Program-made: the position numbers and the translations under genes
Notes under the pieces: model-generated
The model's input: the letters and a program-made list of their open reading frames with translations, nothing else
The model's database searches: none
What the model was told of the DNA's origin: nothing
Shown: positions 10,501 to 20,711 of the stretch, one piece after another
Numbering within the stretch: the stretch's first letter is position 1
How the letters are laid out: the number at the start of each line of letters is the position of its first letter
NCBI GenBank assembly: GCA_045803545.1
Contig: JBJMOW010000005.1
Location: forward strand, 416,001 to 480,000
Direction: 5' to 3'
From: Gemmatimonadaceae bacterium
GTDB lineage: Bacteria > Gemmatimonadota > Gemmatimonadetes > Gemmatimonadales > Gemmatimonadaceae
Length of the DNA: 64,000 bases

Positions 10501-11430
10501 TCAGGCCTGCCATTGTAGCGTGCCTCTCAGCTCGGCGAGTGAATCAACACCGTGTTGACTACACCATTTTTCGAGATCACGAACAACCTTGCCTGCGAGT
10601 CGGGGCTCCTGCATTGCTGCCGTCCCCATCGCCACCAAAGATGCACCGGCGATTATGTACTGCACGACGTCAGTCGCTTTGCTGATTCCGCCCACTCCAA
10701 TAACTGGAAGCTCGACCGCGCGCGCAACTTTGTACGTTGCCAGCACGCCGACTGGCAGTAATCCGGGACCGCTCACCCCTCCAGTGCCAAACCCGAGCGC
10801 AGGCTTGCGGCTCTCGACATCGATCGCGAGCCCGGGAAGCGTGTTCACCACCGTGATTCCATCAGCACCGGCCCCCGCCGCGATCTCCGCCGACTTACCG
10901 ATATTGGGCAAGGTTGGCGACAGCTTGACGAAGATCGGCTTGCGCGTCGCCGCTCGCGCGCCACTCACCACGGCGGTCAGCGAAGCATCGTCGGCACCGA
11001 ACTCCATTCCACCTGCCTTCACGTTCGGACAGCTGACGTTGAGCTCGAAGCCGGAAATACCGGGCGAATCATCGAGGGTCTCGACAACACCCGCGAAGTC
11101 TGCGACCTGATTTCCCACCACGTTCACCAGCACCTTCGCGCGCTGGAGATGCTGAGCAAGCCACGGCAGATGCTCTTTGCGGACTTCCTCGACCCCTGGG
11201 TTCGCGAGCCCAACGGCGTTGATCATTCCGCCATCGAACTCCGCGACTCTCGGTGCCGGGGCTCCGTGTCGGGGTTCGAGACTAACTGCTTTGGTGACGA
11301 GCCCGCCCAGCGCGTCGAGATCGATCACGCTCGCAAGCTCCCGCCCGTAGGCGGCCGTACCAGCGGCAAGTAAAACCGGATTTTGAAATTGAATCCCCGC
11401 GACTTTGACGGCGAGCGAGGAATCGGTCAC
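10501..11430 (-). CDS. pyrD: Dihydroorotate dehydrogenase, family 1B catalytic subunit
   Basis: MINAVGLANPG, ELNVSCPNV, VKLSP, GGVSG. Confidence 0.94.
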   Translation of the reverse strand: MTDSSLAVKVAGIQFQNPVLLAAGTAAYGRELASVIDLDALGGLVTKAVSLEPRHGAPAPRVAEFDGGMINAVGLANPGVEEVRKEHLPWLAQHLQRAKVLVNVVGNQVADFAGVVETLDDSPGISGFELNVSCPNVKAGGMEFGADDASLTAVVSGARAATRKPIFVKLSPTLPNIGKSAEIAAGAGADGITVVNTLPGLAIDVESRKPALGFGTGGVSGPGLLPVGVLATYKVARAVELPVIGVGGISKATDVVQYIIAGASLVAMGTAAMQEPRLAGKVVRDLEKWCSQHGVDSLAELRGTLQWQA

Positions 11431-11432
11431 CG

Positions 11433-12713
11433 CTACCGCTGGCCTCCGACTCGAGACTCGTAATGGCCGAGATACGCGATGATTGAATCCGCAATGTTCC
11501 TGGCCAGTGCGCGCTGGTTGGCCTGATCGGTGAGATAGGTCGCTTCGGATTGATTGCTGCCGAAGCCAACCTCCACCAGCACCGCCGGCATATAAGAGCC
11601 CCTCAACACCGCGAAGTTCGCTTGCTGTACGCCGCGATTGGGCCCGGGGTGCACTTCGATCAAACCGTCCTGGATCGTCTGCGCCAAGTCGCTCGACTCG
11701 CGCAAGTGCTCGTTCTGGGCCATGTCGGTAATGATGAAGCTGAGTGGATCGCCTTTTCCCGCGTTGGCCCCTGTCTCGAACTTTACTGATTCGTTTTCCA
11801 TGTCCTGCACACGGCGTTCGTCCTCGGTTTTCGCCTCGGCAAGGAAATATGTCTCAAAGCCCCGTTCCCGCGCGCCGGCGGCGTTGTTGTAACCCGGCGC
11901 GTTGCAGTGGATGGAGACGAAGAGATCCCCGTGATTGGCGTTGGCGATTCTACCGCGGTCGTACAACGCGATCAGAGTGTCGGTCGTCCTCGTCATCAGC
12001 ACGTCGTAGCCGCGCGCACGCATCACCGCCTCGAGCTTCTTCGCGACAGAGAGTGTTACATCCTTCTCGACAAACCACGGCGGATTGTTTCCGATCGGAC
12101 CCGTCATGCCACGGTCTGGTCCGCCATGGCCTGCGTCGATCACAACCAGCTGCCGCACGCGCGGCTTCGACGAAGTGATGATCCGCGGTGGAGTCGAGCT
12201 CGCCGTCGAGACGGGCGCCACAGGAACTGGCGCTGGTCTCGGCATAGAACTCGTTACCGCAGTCGAGTTCGCCGACGACCTGGTCGGAGCAGCTGCCACG
12301 CGTGTGTCCGCTTTCACAGTGAACGTCCTGAGCTCAGCCTGGGCGGCGTCGTAGAAGTAACCGCCGGCGTAACGGGGGATCACTTCGCTCACGAACTGGA
12401 AAGGAAGGTAAAGCTGGCCGCCACGCACCTGCGGCGCGCGCGTGAGGGGCACTGTCAGCGTATCCAGTTTGGCAAACGGGATTCCGTCGATCAGATCCAG
12501 TCGTGCATGCGGCAGTGCAAGCGTGTAATGGAGATTGGTGCCGGTAATCAGGATGCCCTTGAGCGCCCTCATCAGGGCATCGGCACGCACGCTCGCCTCG
12601 CCGCCATTGATCGTAACCGGCACTGAGCTCGTCGACGCGCCATCGCGCACGACGACGAAGGTCGGAATCGGCGAAGCAGCTGCAATTTGCAGGGCAAGGA
12701 GCACCGCGATCAT
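11433..12713 (-). CDS. N-acetylmuramoyl-L-alanine amidase (Amidase_3), secreted
   Basis: VVIDAGHGGPD, EKDVTL, LFVSIHCN, MPAVLVEVGF; signal peptide. Confidence 0.93.
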   Translation of the reverse strand: MIAVLLALQIAAASPIPTFVVVRDGASTSSVPVTINGGEASVRADALMRALKGILITGTNLHYTLALPHARLDLIDGIPFAKLDTLTVPLTRAPQVRGGQLYLPFQFVSEVIPRYAGGYFYDAAQAELRTFTVKADTRVAAAPTRSSANSTAVTSSMPRPAPVPVAPVSTASSTPPRIITSSKPRVRQLVVIDAGHGGPDRGMTGPIGNNPPWFVEKDVTLSVAKKLEAVMRARGYDVLMTRTTDTLIALYDRGRIANANHGDLFVSIHCNAPGYNNAAGARERGFETYFLAEAKTEDERRVQDMENESVKFETGANAGKGDPLSFIITDMAQNEHLRESSDLAQTIQDGLIEVHPGPNRGVQQANFAVLRGSYMPAVLVEVGFGSNQSEATYLTDQANQRALARNIADSIIAYLGHYESRVGGQR

Positions 12714-13180
12714 CGGGTGCGCACCGCGCGCTGCATGTCGCGCTCATCATCGCGCCGTTTTTCGTCCGCGCGCTTGTCGAACAGCTTCTTTCCTTTGCCA
12801 AGCGCAAGCGCGACTTTCGCCTTGCCGCGCTTGAAGTACAACTCGAGCGGGATCAGCGTGAGACCCTGTCGCTCCACCGCACCGATCATCTTCCTGATCT
12901 CTTTGCGGTGCAGGAGGAGCTTTCGCGTCCGCGTCGGCTCATGATTGAAGTAGCTCGCCTGCTCGTACGGCGCTATGTGCAGGTTCAACAGAAAAACCTC
13001 TCCATCCTTAACGATCGCGTAAGAATCAGCGATGTTGGCCTTGCCGTTGCGCAGCGATTTCACTTCGCTGCCGGTCAAAACCACACCCGCTTCCCAGGTG
13101 TCGAGGATGTGGTAGTCGTGTCGCGCGCGTTTGTTCCGCGCGATCGACTCCTTCTCATCTTTCTCGACCTTCTCTGCCAT
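12710..13180 (-). CDS. smpB: SsrA-binding protein
   Basis: ARNKRARHDY, EAGVVLTGSEVKSLR, RTRKLLLHRKEI, GKGKKLFDKR. Confidence 0.97.
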   Translation of the reverse strand: MAEKVEKDEKESIARNKRARHDYHILDTWEAGVVLTGSEVKSLRNGKANIADSYAIVKDGEVFLLNLHIAPYEQASYFNHEPTRTRKLLLHRKEIRKMIGAVERQGLTLIPLELYFKRGKAKVALALGKGKKLFDKRADEKRRDDERDMQRAVRTR

Positions 13181-13343
13181 TTGACTGTGTCTTCAAGTGG
13201 TACGCAACGTTTCGCTGAATCTTAAGTGCCTCTTCAAATCCCGGCGAAGGCTCATACGCCTGCCAGTGTCGCCTGCCAAACACCCTTCCGAGGCAGGACT
13301 TTGCTGAATCGGTCGCAGGTTACTAAGTTCATTTCTCGATCTC

Positions 13344-13427
13344 GCCGAAGTGGTGGAACTGGTAGACGCGCTGCGTTCAGGGCGCAGTGGGTGCAAGCCC
13401 GTGGGGGTTCGAGTCCCCCCTTCGGCA
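13344..13427 (+). tRNA. tRNA-Leu (anticodon CAG); CCA not encoded
   Basis: GCCGAAG/CTTCGGC acceptor stem, TGGTAGAC D-loop, CTGCG-TTCAGGG-CGCAG anticodon arm, long variable arm, GGTTCGAGTCCC T-arm. Confidence 0.96.
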
Positions 13428-13430
13428 CAT

Positions 13431-13469
13431 AAGAAAACGGCGCGTCATTTCGACGCGCCGTTTTTATTT
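13431..13469. terminator. Bidirectional intrinsic terminator between the tRNA and the Rrf2 gene
   Basis: AAAACGGCGCGTC-ATTTC-GACGCGCCGTTTT. Confidence 0.85.
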
Positions 13470-13481
13470 CGTAGACTTTCG

Positions 13482-13976
13482 TCAGGCGGTTTCGAGAATT
13501 GGCAGTCGCGCCTTATCCGACGCCGGCGCCGCGGTCGGCAATCCCACCCGCTCTCTGACCGTCGGTTCGTCGTGAAGCAGGTCGGCTAGACTCACACCCT
13601 GCAACACACCGTCGATCTTCTGTTGGAGCATCACCCAAACCGGGCGAATGCTGCAGCTGTGCGAGGCGGAGCAACGCTCTTCCTCAACCGGATGGCTCAC
13701 GCAGTGGAGATCGAAAGTCTCGAGCTCTGAAGCGTGGATGACATCCCGAATCGAGATTTCGGATGCCGGCTTAGCCAGGACGTACCCGCCGCGCGCGCCT
13801 CTAGTGCTGGCGATAACGCCGGCGCGACGCAAGCGAAGCAGGATCTGCTCGACATAATCCGCCGGTAGTCGCTCCTGTCGCGCTATCTCGCGACCATTGA
13901 CCGGCCCCAAATCGGTTCGCTTGGCCAGGTTAAGCGCGCAAATGACGCCGTACTCTGCCCACGTTGTGATCCTCAT
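13482..13976 (-). CDS. Rrf2-family (IscR-like) transcriptional regulator
   Basis: MRITTWAEYG, YVEQILLRLRRAGVIASTRGARGGYVLA; three C-terminal Cys. Confidence 0.92.
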   Translation of the reverse strand: MRITTWAEYGVICALNLAKRTDLGPVNGREIARQERLPADYVEQILLRLRRAGVIASTRGARGGYVLAKPASEISIRDVIHASELETFDLHCVSHPVEEERCSASHSCSIRPVWVMLQQKIDGVLQGVSLADLLHDEPTVRERVGLPTAAPASDKARLPILETA

Positions 13977-14025
13977 GCTCTCACGATAGGCATGCCTTCC
14001 GCTTCAAACAAGGGTTCGACTGCTG

Positions 14026-15450
14026 TCATCCGGCTGAAACTCCGCCGTGCTTCCCGCCTGGTACTCCGATTTCCGTCATCTTCCGAAGATCGAGTACCTC
14101 ATCGATCTCCGCGTCAGGCAGCACTTTCTCCCGCTTTACCAGGTCACGGATGAGGACGTTTTCCTTCACTGACTGCTTGCTGAGCTCCGCGGCGCGAGCG
14201 TAGCCAATCTGTGGAGCGAGCGCGGTGGCGAGCGCGGCCGAGCGCTCGAGCCAATACTTCGCCTGCTCCTCATTCGCTTCCATACCCTGCACCGTCTTCT
14301 CGGCCAGCACGCGCGATGCGTTGCGCAGGATCGTCATCGGCAGCAGAACGTTATAGGCGATGACCGGCATCATCACGTTGAGCTCGAGCTGCCCGTGCTC
14401 GGCGGCAACACTGACGCACGTGTCGTTGCCAATCACCTGGAAGCAGACCTGATTCACCATCTCCGGAATCGAGGGATTCACCTTGCCCGGCATGATCGAC
14501 GAACCGGGTTGTACTGCCGGCAGGCGAATCTCATCGAGTCCGGTGCGCGGTCCGCTGGCGAGGAGCCGCAGATCACTCGCGATCTTGCTTAGATCGAGCG
14601 CGAGCACTCTCAGCTGGGCGCTGAACCCGGCAACATCTCCCATGCTCTGCATCAGCTGTACGCGGTCCTTGCCCTCACGTACATCGACCCTCGCGGATTC
14701 GCGCAGATACTTCACCATCAGGCGGGGGTATTCCGGCTCGACGTTAACGCCGGTTCCAACCGCGCTCCCTCCGATACCGAGGTCACGCAAGTAATCAGCA
14801 GATTCGACGACGCGCTTGATACCTCGACGCAGCGAACCCGCATACGCGTTGAGCTCCTGTCCGAGCCGGATCGGCATCGCATCCTGAAGATGAGTGCGAC
14901 CGGATTTCAGCACATCGTCGAACTCGGCTCCTTTGCGCTCGAACTCTTTTGCGAGCCCGTCGACCGCATCCTGGAGCGATGGCAGCTCGGTCAGACACGC
15001 CAGTCTGATGGCCGTCGGGATCACATCATTGGTCGACTGCGCCATGTTGACGTGATCGTTGGGATGTACCGGCGAGTAACCCCCGCGCGCCGCGCCGAGG
15101 AATTCATTGGCGCGATTCGCCAGGACTTCATTGACGTTCATGTTGTGAGAAGTGCCCGCTCCAGCCTGATAGACATCGACGACAAACTGATCGCGATGCT
15201 TCCCCGCCAGGACTTCGTCGGCTGCTTTCACAATCGCGTCGGCGAGCTTCGCTTCGAGGCGGCCGGTGTCCTTGTGCGTGAGCGCGGCCGCGCGTTTGAT
15301 CCGTACCGTGGCGTCGACAAACGCCGGCAACGGCCTCAGGCCACTGATGGGAAAATTCTGTACGGCGCGCACCGTCTGCACGCCATAGAGCGCTTCGTTG
15401 GGTACTTCGAGCGTGCCGAGAGGATCCTTCTCGGTGCGTGTGTTGCTCAT
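14026..15450 (-). CDS. aspA: Aspartate ammonia-lyase / class II fumarase family
   Basis: QAGAGTSHNMNVNEV, GRTHLQDA, GSSIMPGKVNP. The family is certain; aspA versus fumC is less so. Confidence 0.8.
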   Translation of the reverse strand: MSNTRTEKDPLGTLEVPNEALYGVQTVRAVQNFPISGLRPLPAFVDATVRIKRAAALTHKDTGRLEAKLADAIVKAADEVLAGKHRDQFVVDVYQAGAGTSHNMNVNEVLANRANEFLGAARGGYSPVHPNDHVNMAQSTNDVIPTAIRLACLTELPSLQDAVDGLAKEFERKGAEFDDVLKSGRTHLQDAMPIRLGQELNAYAGSLRRGIKRVVESADYLRDLGIGGSAVGTGVNVEPEYPRLMVKYLRESARVDVREGKDRVQLMQSMGDVAGFSAQLRVLALDLSKIASDLRLLASGPRTGLDEIRLPAVQPGSSIMPGKVNPSIPEMVNQVCFQVIGNDTCVSVAAEHGQLELNVMMPVIAYNVLLPMTILRNASRVLAEKTVQGMEANEEQAKYWLERSAALATALAPQIGYARAAELSKQSVKENVLIRDLVKREKVLPDAEIDEVLDLRKMTEIGVPGGKHGGVSAG

Positions 15451-15465
15451 GCTTAATGATGGCGG

Positions 15466-16107
15466 TTATCGGCCGACGATGCGTGCCGTTCCGTTCAGAA
15501 ATGGATTTGAGACTCTTTCTTCGCCAATCGTCGTATCCGGACCGTGTCCGGGATAGACGACGGTCTCAGGCGGCAGCGAAGCAATCTTCTTTAGCGACTC
15601 GGACAATTGTTGTGGGTTGGACATCGGAAGATCGGTCCGTCCGATCGACCCTGCGAACAGACAATCGCCGACGAGTGCGATGCCATTTCCATGAATGACG
15701 ACGTGTCCGGGCGAATGACCGGGCGCATGCATTACGGTCATTTCCGCATTCCCGAGTTTTAGCTTTTGGCCGTCGACCAGGTCTTCATCGGGCGCCGGCG
15801 GCTCCTCGAACGGCACGCCGTACACTTCGGCCTGTCGTCCTGCCGCTTCGTATAGCCGCCGGTCGGCTGGATGCAGGTAGACCGGCACATTCCACCGGTC
15901 CTTGATCGATGCGATGGCCCCGACATGATCGACGTGGGCGTGGGTGATCCAAATCGCCTCCAATGTCACTCGGGACCGTTCTATTTCTTTAAGCAGCGTC
16001 TCGCCTTCACCTCCAGGATCCACAATTGCCCCTTTTTGAGAACTCTCCTCAATCAGCAGGTAGCAATTCTCCTGAAAGGCGCCGACGGTGAGCGTCTTGA
16101 CCTGCAC
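15466..16107 (-). CDS. Metallo-beta-lactamase-fold hydrolase (glyoxalase II-like)
   Basis: THAHVDHVG, PGHSPG, GDCLFAGSIGRTD, PGHG. Confidence 0.92.
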   Translation of the reverse strand: MQVKTLTVGAFQENCYLLIEESSQKGAIVDPGGEGETLLKEIERSRVTLEAIWITHAHVDHVGAIASIKDRWNVPVYLHPADRRLYEAAGRQAEVYGVPFEEPPAPDEDLVDGQKLKLGNAEMTVMHAPGHSPGHVVIHGNGIALVGDCLFAGSIGRTDLPMSNPQQLSESLKKIASLPPETVVYPGHGPDTTIGEERVSNPFLNGTARIVGR

Positions 16108-16109
16108 CG

Positions 16110-17495
16110 TTATTTGCTCGCTTTGCCTCTAAACTGCGTCCAAATGACGATGGCAATGCAGCCCGCACCAGACCTTCTGAACTGATTGGGAACGTCCTCC
16201 GACCGGTACACCTCCATACCCATTACGTCGTCGGGATTCACGAACATGTCGAGGTCTCCGGGACCCATGTCGCGCCATAGAAAGCCGTCGATGAAAACCT
16301 CCGTGCAGTTCCCACGTTGCTGCGCGTAGATGCTGGTAATGCCGCTTCTCCCCCTGATCAGAGAACCGCCCCGCTGCGCACTCACTGTCACAATGGGCAG
16401 GTTCTTCAACATGTCGGTGATGTTGTTTGGCCGCCGGTGATCGATGTCCTCTCGCGTAAAGAAAAAACCAGCGCCCGCACGCTTACGAGAGGTGAAGCCG
16501 TTCTTATCAAGAGCGTATTCGCGACGCGCGGTGATAAGCACGGGATCGAGGATGTTTACCTTGTCAGGCAGCGTGACTATCACGTCGAGTGGTTCGCGCG
16601 AGCTGACATTGACTGCTTCAGCAGCAGTCGAGTAGCTCAAGCTTCTTGCGACAACTATTACTGTCCCCGTCTTGACCGCAGGAAAAAAGAACGCCCCGTC
16701 TTCGCGTGACGTCGCCGCGACGCCCGCAACCGGAATCTCTATTCGAGCACCGGCGACAGGCTTCCCACTCGTTGAGATGACATGGCCGGTGACGACGCCC
16801 TTCGCACCGCTTCCCGAGGGCGGAATCGACAGGCTTTCGAACTCTAGGAGAGCGCCGTTCATTGCTACTGGGACTTCCGGCGTCTCGCCGCCTGCATTGG
16901 TCGCCTGCAAGGTGCCGATCAGATCCGATGGAAGTGTGCAGAATTTGAAGAATCCGTTCGGTGCCGATTCGGCGTTCACGAGGTGCGGAACCCGGACCAC
17001 ACCGTTCGCCTTTGTCACGGAGATGTCGTTCCACTCCAATGTGATTTTCGCGGCCGAAACTGGCATATCAGTGTCAGGGTCCAGCACTCTGCCGACAAGC
17101 GCGGCAGGAGTCGCTGCGACTCCATCGCCGCAGTAGCGGCGTACAAGTGACGGAATGGATGGAACCGCGAGATTTACGACCGCCGCACTGTCCGCACCGA
17201 GTGTGAACGATTGGGTTGCGAGCGTGATCCCCAGACTCTCCAACAGCGGATGAAATACGCCGATCTGGTAGGTTCCTGGCGGCAAGCTATCGATTGTGAA
17301 TCTTCCACTGGAATCGGTTCGCACGGAGCGCGTAACACCTGTGGCAATCACTTCGGCATCACGCAGGGCCGAACCGTTTACGCTATCCACTACAACGCCT
17401 ACGATTCGACCTGTTCGCGCGCCGCCATTCTGTGGTTGCGTTGGTGCGAATGGGAACAGACACGCAAGTGCTGCGAGACACGAAGCGCGAATCAT
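16110..17495 (-). CDS. Secreted protein with carboxypeptidase-regulatory-like repeats and a C-terminal TonB-plug-like domain
   Basis: Signal peptide; repeated GxVxD...Px.gA.I units; TREDIDHRRPNNITDML...VFIDG...PDDVMGMEVY...GCIAIVIWT. Confidence 0.75.
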   Translation of the reverse strand: MIRASCLAALACLFPFAPTQPQNGGARTGRIVGVVVDSVNGSALRDAEVIATGVTRSVRTDSSGRFTIDSLPPGTYQIGVFHPLLESLGITLATQSFTLGADSAAVVNLAVPSIPSLVRRYCGDGVAATPAALVGRVLDPDTDMPVSAAKITLEWNDISVTKANGVVRVPHLVNAESAPNGFFKFCTLPSDLIGTLQATNAGGETPEVPVAMNGALLEFESLSIPPSGSGAKGVVTGHVISTSGKPVAGARIEIPVAGVAATSREDGAFFFPAVKTGTVIVVARSLSYSTAAEAVNVSSREPLDVIVTLPDKVNILDPVLITARREYALDKNGFTSRKRAGAGFFFTREDIDHRRPNNITDMLKNLPIVTVSAQRGGSLIRGRSGITSIYAQQRGNCTEVFIDGFLWRDMGPGDLDMFVNPDDVMGMEVYRSEDVPNQFRRSGAGCIAIVIWTQFRGKASK

Positions 17496-18520
17496 GTGTA
17501 GCCTCCAGCATTCGCGTGCGAGCTTTGCAGCGCCTCGCGCGTCGCCGGTCCAGAGCCTTCGCGTTCCATCTCCTTGAACCGCGTGATGTACTTGTCTGCT
17601 GCAATCGCGGCCGTCGTCGCATCACCCGATGCGGTCGTTACCTGCCTGGTCAGCTGCGAGCGCAAATCACCTGCGGCAAAGAGTCCGGGAATCGAAGTCA
17701 TCATCGCATTGTCCGTCAGGACGTAGCCGAGCGGATCGTGATCGACGTGACCGGCAATGACACCGGTGTTTGGCCGAAACCCAATGAATACGAATAGGCC
17801 GTTTGCCGGCAGCGGCTTCTTGTCGCCGGTCAGCACGTTCCGCAGATGTAATCCGGTCATACCGGTATCCGGGTTGCCGTCGACTTTGTCGGCGACCGTA
17901 TCCCAGATCACCTCGATCTTCGGGTTGTCGAAGACGTGCTTCTGGAGAATCTTCGACGCACGAAACTCGTTGCGGCGATGGATTAGATAAACCTTGCTCG
18001 CATATCGAGTCAGGAAGTCCGCTTCCTCGCACGCCGCGTCGCCGCCACCGACAACCGCTACGACCTGGTCGCGGAAAAAGGCGGCGTCGCAAATCGCGCA
18101 ATACGACACGCCGCGACCTGCGTACTCGAGCTCGCCCGGGATACCGAGCTTGATCGGTGTTCCGCCGGCCGTCACGATCACCGCAGGCGAGCGATACGTA
18201 TCACCGCCGTCGGTCGACGTCCTGAAGTAGCCGTCATCCATCTTGGTGACGGAAGTGACGGACGTCGTCTCAACGAACTCCGCGCCAAACTGCTTTGCAT
18301 GCGACGCGAACTTCTCCGCCAAATCGACGCCGAGGATCCTCGGAAACCCCGGCACGTCGTCTAAAAACTCGGTGTTGAGAAGCTCGCCGCCTGGGAAGCC
18401 GCGCTCGATAACAGCGGTTTTGAGCATAGCCCGCCCCGTATAGAGCGCCGCTGTCATGCCCGCGGGGCCTGCGCCGACGATTACAACATCATAGTCACGC
18501 GCTGTTGCCAATGAACTCAC
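17492..18520 (-). CDS. trxB: Thioredoxin reductase
   Basis: GAGPAG, GRGVSYCAICD, VGGGDAA, GLFAAGD. Confidence 0.95.
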   Translation of the reverse strand: MSSLATARDYDVVIVGAGPAGMTAALYTGRAMLKTAVIERGFPGGELLNTEFLDDVPGFPRILGVDLAEKFASHAKQFGAEFVETTSVTSVTKMDDGYFRTSTDGGDTYRSPAVIVTAGGTPIKLGIPGELEYAGRGVSYCAICDAAFFRDQVVAVVGGGDAACEEADFLTRYASKVYLIHRRNEFRASKILQKHVFDNPKIEVIWDTVADKVDGNPDTGMTGLHLRNVLTGDKKPLPANGLFVFIGFRPNTGVIAGHVDHDPLGYVLTDNAMMTSIPGLFAAGDLRSQLTRQVTTASGDATTAAIAADKYITRFKEMEREGSGPATREALQSSHANAGGYT

Positions 18521-18588
18521 CTCAAATGCTTTCGATACAACAGAGTGGCTGCGTGAAATATAACTGACGCGTCGAGGGCTTTATTCGC

Positions 18589-19320
18589 TCAGACGCGCAC
18601 GTTACGCCCACCGTCGACGATGATGGTCTCGCCGGTCACGAAATCGGCGCTAATGAGGTAGATCACTGCCTGCGCGACGTCGTCAGGCGAGCCGATTCTG
18701 CCAAGCGGAGTGGTTGAAACGAGTTTGTCCCGCTCTGCCGGTCCGTACCCTTCCGGCAACAGCACCGCGCCCGGTGCGATTGCGTTCACTCGAATCTTTG
18801 GTGCCAACGCATGCGCCAGCCCGCGCGTCATCTGCACAATCCCGGCTTTCGTAATCGCGTGCGGCACGTAGTTGCGCCACGACTCAAAGGCTGCGAGATC
18901 GGCGATGTTGATGATCACGCCGCCGCGATCTTTCATGACGCGAGCGGCCGACTGCGACAGAAAGAACGGCGCGCGCAAGTTGAGCGCGAACATCGCGTCC
19001 CAGTCTTCCACGAGGACTTCGCCAATCGGCGTTCTCAGCATCACCGCCGCCGAATTCACCAGCACGTCGAGCGACCCGAACACCTTCGAGATGTGCTCGA
19101 TGACGCGTGGCCCGGTGGCGGGATCAGTGAGATCTCCGGGAAGTGTACGCGCCTCGCCACCGGCCGCATTGATTTCATCCGCCGTCTGCCGCGCGCCTTT
19201 CTCGGAACCGTAGTAATGCACGCCCACGCGCATCCCGGCCTTGCCGAGTGCGACAGCGATCGCGCGTCCAACGCGCGTCCCTGCTCCAGTGACGAGTACT
19301 ACCTTGCCGTCAAGTTCCAC
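18589..19320 (-). CDS. SDR oxidoreductase, pteridine-reductase/FolM-like
   Basis: VTGAGTRVG, VHYYGS, IRVNAIAPG; catalytic YxxxK appears as HAITK. Confidence 0.85.
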   Translation of the reverse strand: MELDGKVVLVTGAGTRVGRAIAVALGKAGMRVGVHYYGSEKGARQTADEINAAGGEARTLPGDLTDPATGPRVIEHISKVFGSLDVLVNSAAVMLRTPIGEVLVEDWDAMFALNLRAPFFLSQSAARVMKDRGGVIINIADLAAFESWRNYVPHAITKAGIVQMTRGLAHALAPKIRVNAIAPGAVLLPEGYGPAERDKLVSTTPLGRIGSPDDVAQAVIYLISADFVTGETIIVDGGRNVRV

Positions 19321-19329
19321 GAGCGCTCC

Positions 19330-20190
19330 TCAACGCCGATCAGATGCGGATGCAGACGACTCGAGTCTGGCATCCTGCTTCTCCAGCCAGCTCGCCGGCA
19401 CATTCATGTTGCCCAACTTGCGCGGCCCATCGGATGCGCCATGCCAGTCCGATCCACCGCTCACCACCAATCCAAAAAACTCCGCCAACGCTTCCAACCT
19501 TTTTATGTCCTCGGCAGAGTGACTTGGATGCTTGACTTCGACTCCGTCAAGACCTGCATTGACCAGCAGCTCGAGTCTCTCCCTTCGACCGCCTTCGCCC
19601 GGATGCGCCCACACTGCCAATCCGCCGGCTTCATGTGCGATTTCGATCGCATCCTCGACAGAAAGCCTCGCCTTGGGCACAAACGCGGCACCACCGTTTC
19701 CAAGGTAGCGAACGAAGGCGTCCTTGAAATCCTGCACCGCACCGCGCCCGATCAGCGCGCGAGCAACGTGCGGACGGCCGACCGCGCCACCCTTGGCCTG
19801 CTGCAAAACTTCGTCGAACGTTATTTGTACGCCAAGAGCGTTCAGCTTCTCGACAATTGTCCGCGCGCGCTCGTACCGCAGCGCACGGAGCTCCGCCAAC
19901 CTCTGCTCGAGCGCCTCGATCCGGGTGAGGTGAAGCGCGAGAAGGTGGACCTCGTGATCATCCTCAAACGCGCTCAGCTCGCAGCCCGCCACAACCCGGA
20001 TGCCGAGTCGATCACCGGTCTCACGCGCGGCGGCAACGCCCGCAATGCTGTCGTGATCCGTGAGCGCCAGAGCGGCGAGATTGCAGCGCTTGGCCGCTTC
20101 GACGACACGCTCAGGCGGGAGTGTTCCGTCGGACGCGGTTGAATGTGTATGCAGGTCGACGAACGTCGGCCGGCCCGCATCCGCGCTCAC
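19330..20190 (-). CDS. PHP-domain phosphoesterase (TrpH/YciV-like)
   Basis: DLHTHSTASDG, LTDHD, GRPHVA, AHP, GGSDWHG. Confidence 0.92.
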   Translation of the reverse strand: MSADAGRPTFVDLHTHSTASDGTLPPERVVEAAKRCNLAALALTDHDSIAGVAAARETGDRLGIRVVAGCELSAFEDDHEVHLLALHLTRIEALEQRLAELRALRYERARTIVEKLNALGVQITFDEVLQQAKGGAVGRPHVARALIGRGAVQDFKDAFVRYLGNGGAAFVPKARLSVEDAIEIAHEAGGLAVWAHPGEGGRRERLELLVNAGLDGVEVKHPSHSAEDIKRLEALAEFFGLVVSGGSDWHGASDGPRKLGNMNVPASWLEKQDARLESSASASDRR

Positions 20191-20453
20191 TGCTCGTAAC
20201 CGGCCTCAGGCGATGTGAAGCTTGGCTGCGACTGCCCGAAAAGTTCTTTCAGCTGCGCGTCCGATAGCTCCGCGAACGCCTGCTCGCGCGAGCGACTTCC
20301 CTGCGGTGAGTAGCGAGTAACTCGCACTTCGCGATCCTTTCCCTCACCGCGCGTGAACATCAGCCCGTATTCGTCCTGGGTATACACCGTGATGTAGCCG
20401 GATGGATAGACACTCCAGCTCTGACCGTTTACCTCGATCGGACGCGCCGGCAT
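20187..20453 (-). CDS. Hypothetical protein, 88 aa
   Basis: Overlaps both neighbours by 1-4 nt; protein-like composition. Confidence 0.75.
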   Translation of the reverse strand: MPARPIEVNGQSWSVYPSGYITVYTQDEYGLMFTRGEGKDREVRVTRYSPQGSRSREQAFAELSDAQLKELFGQSQPSFTSPEAGYEQ

Positions 20454-20710
20454 TACAGATCGACCTCCTGATAAACGCGCGACGGATCCAGCGTTTTGAA
20501 CGGCGCGTTAGCGTGAGCGACTGTTAATGTCTGCTCGTCGTCCGCTTCCGTGAATTCGATGAAAGCGCCCGGGAGCGACGATTCCTCGAATACCCAGAAC
20601 CGACAGTTCGCCGCCGCGTAGTGCGACCGCAGCGCCTTCAACCGCTTCGTATAGTTGGCACGGTCGGCGGATGGAACCGTCGACCGCTGGATTGTCAAAG
20701 ACTTGGGCAT
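20453..20710 (-). CDS. Hypothetical protein, 85 aa
   Basis: Start MPKSLTIQ lies 1 nt after the E2 stop; TAATG coupling to the next gene. Confidence 0.72.
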   Translation of the reverse strand: MPKSLTIQRSTVPSADRANYTKRLKALRSHYAAANCRFWVFEESSLPGAFIEFTEADDEQTLTVAHANAPFKTLDPSRVYQEVDL

Positions 20711-20711
20711 T

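Noticed and set aside
13181..13343. tmRNA next to smpB
   Set aside because: Only about 160 nt are available and there are no tRNA-Ala-like ends; this is the divergent promoter region.
13344..13480. tRNA as an integration site for an island
   Set aside because: No integrase and no duplicated tRNA 3' end were seen in the window.
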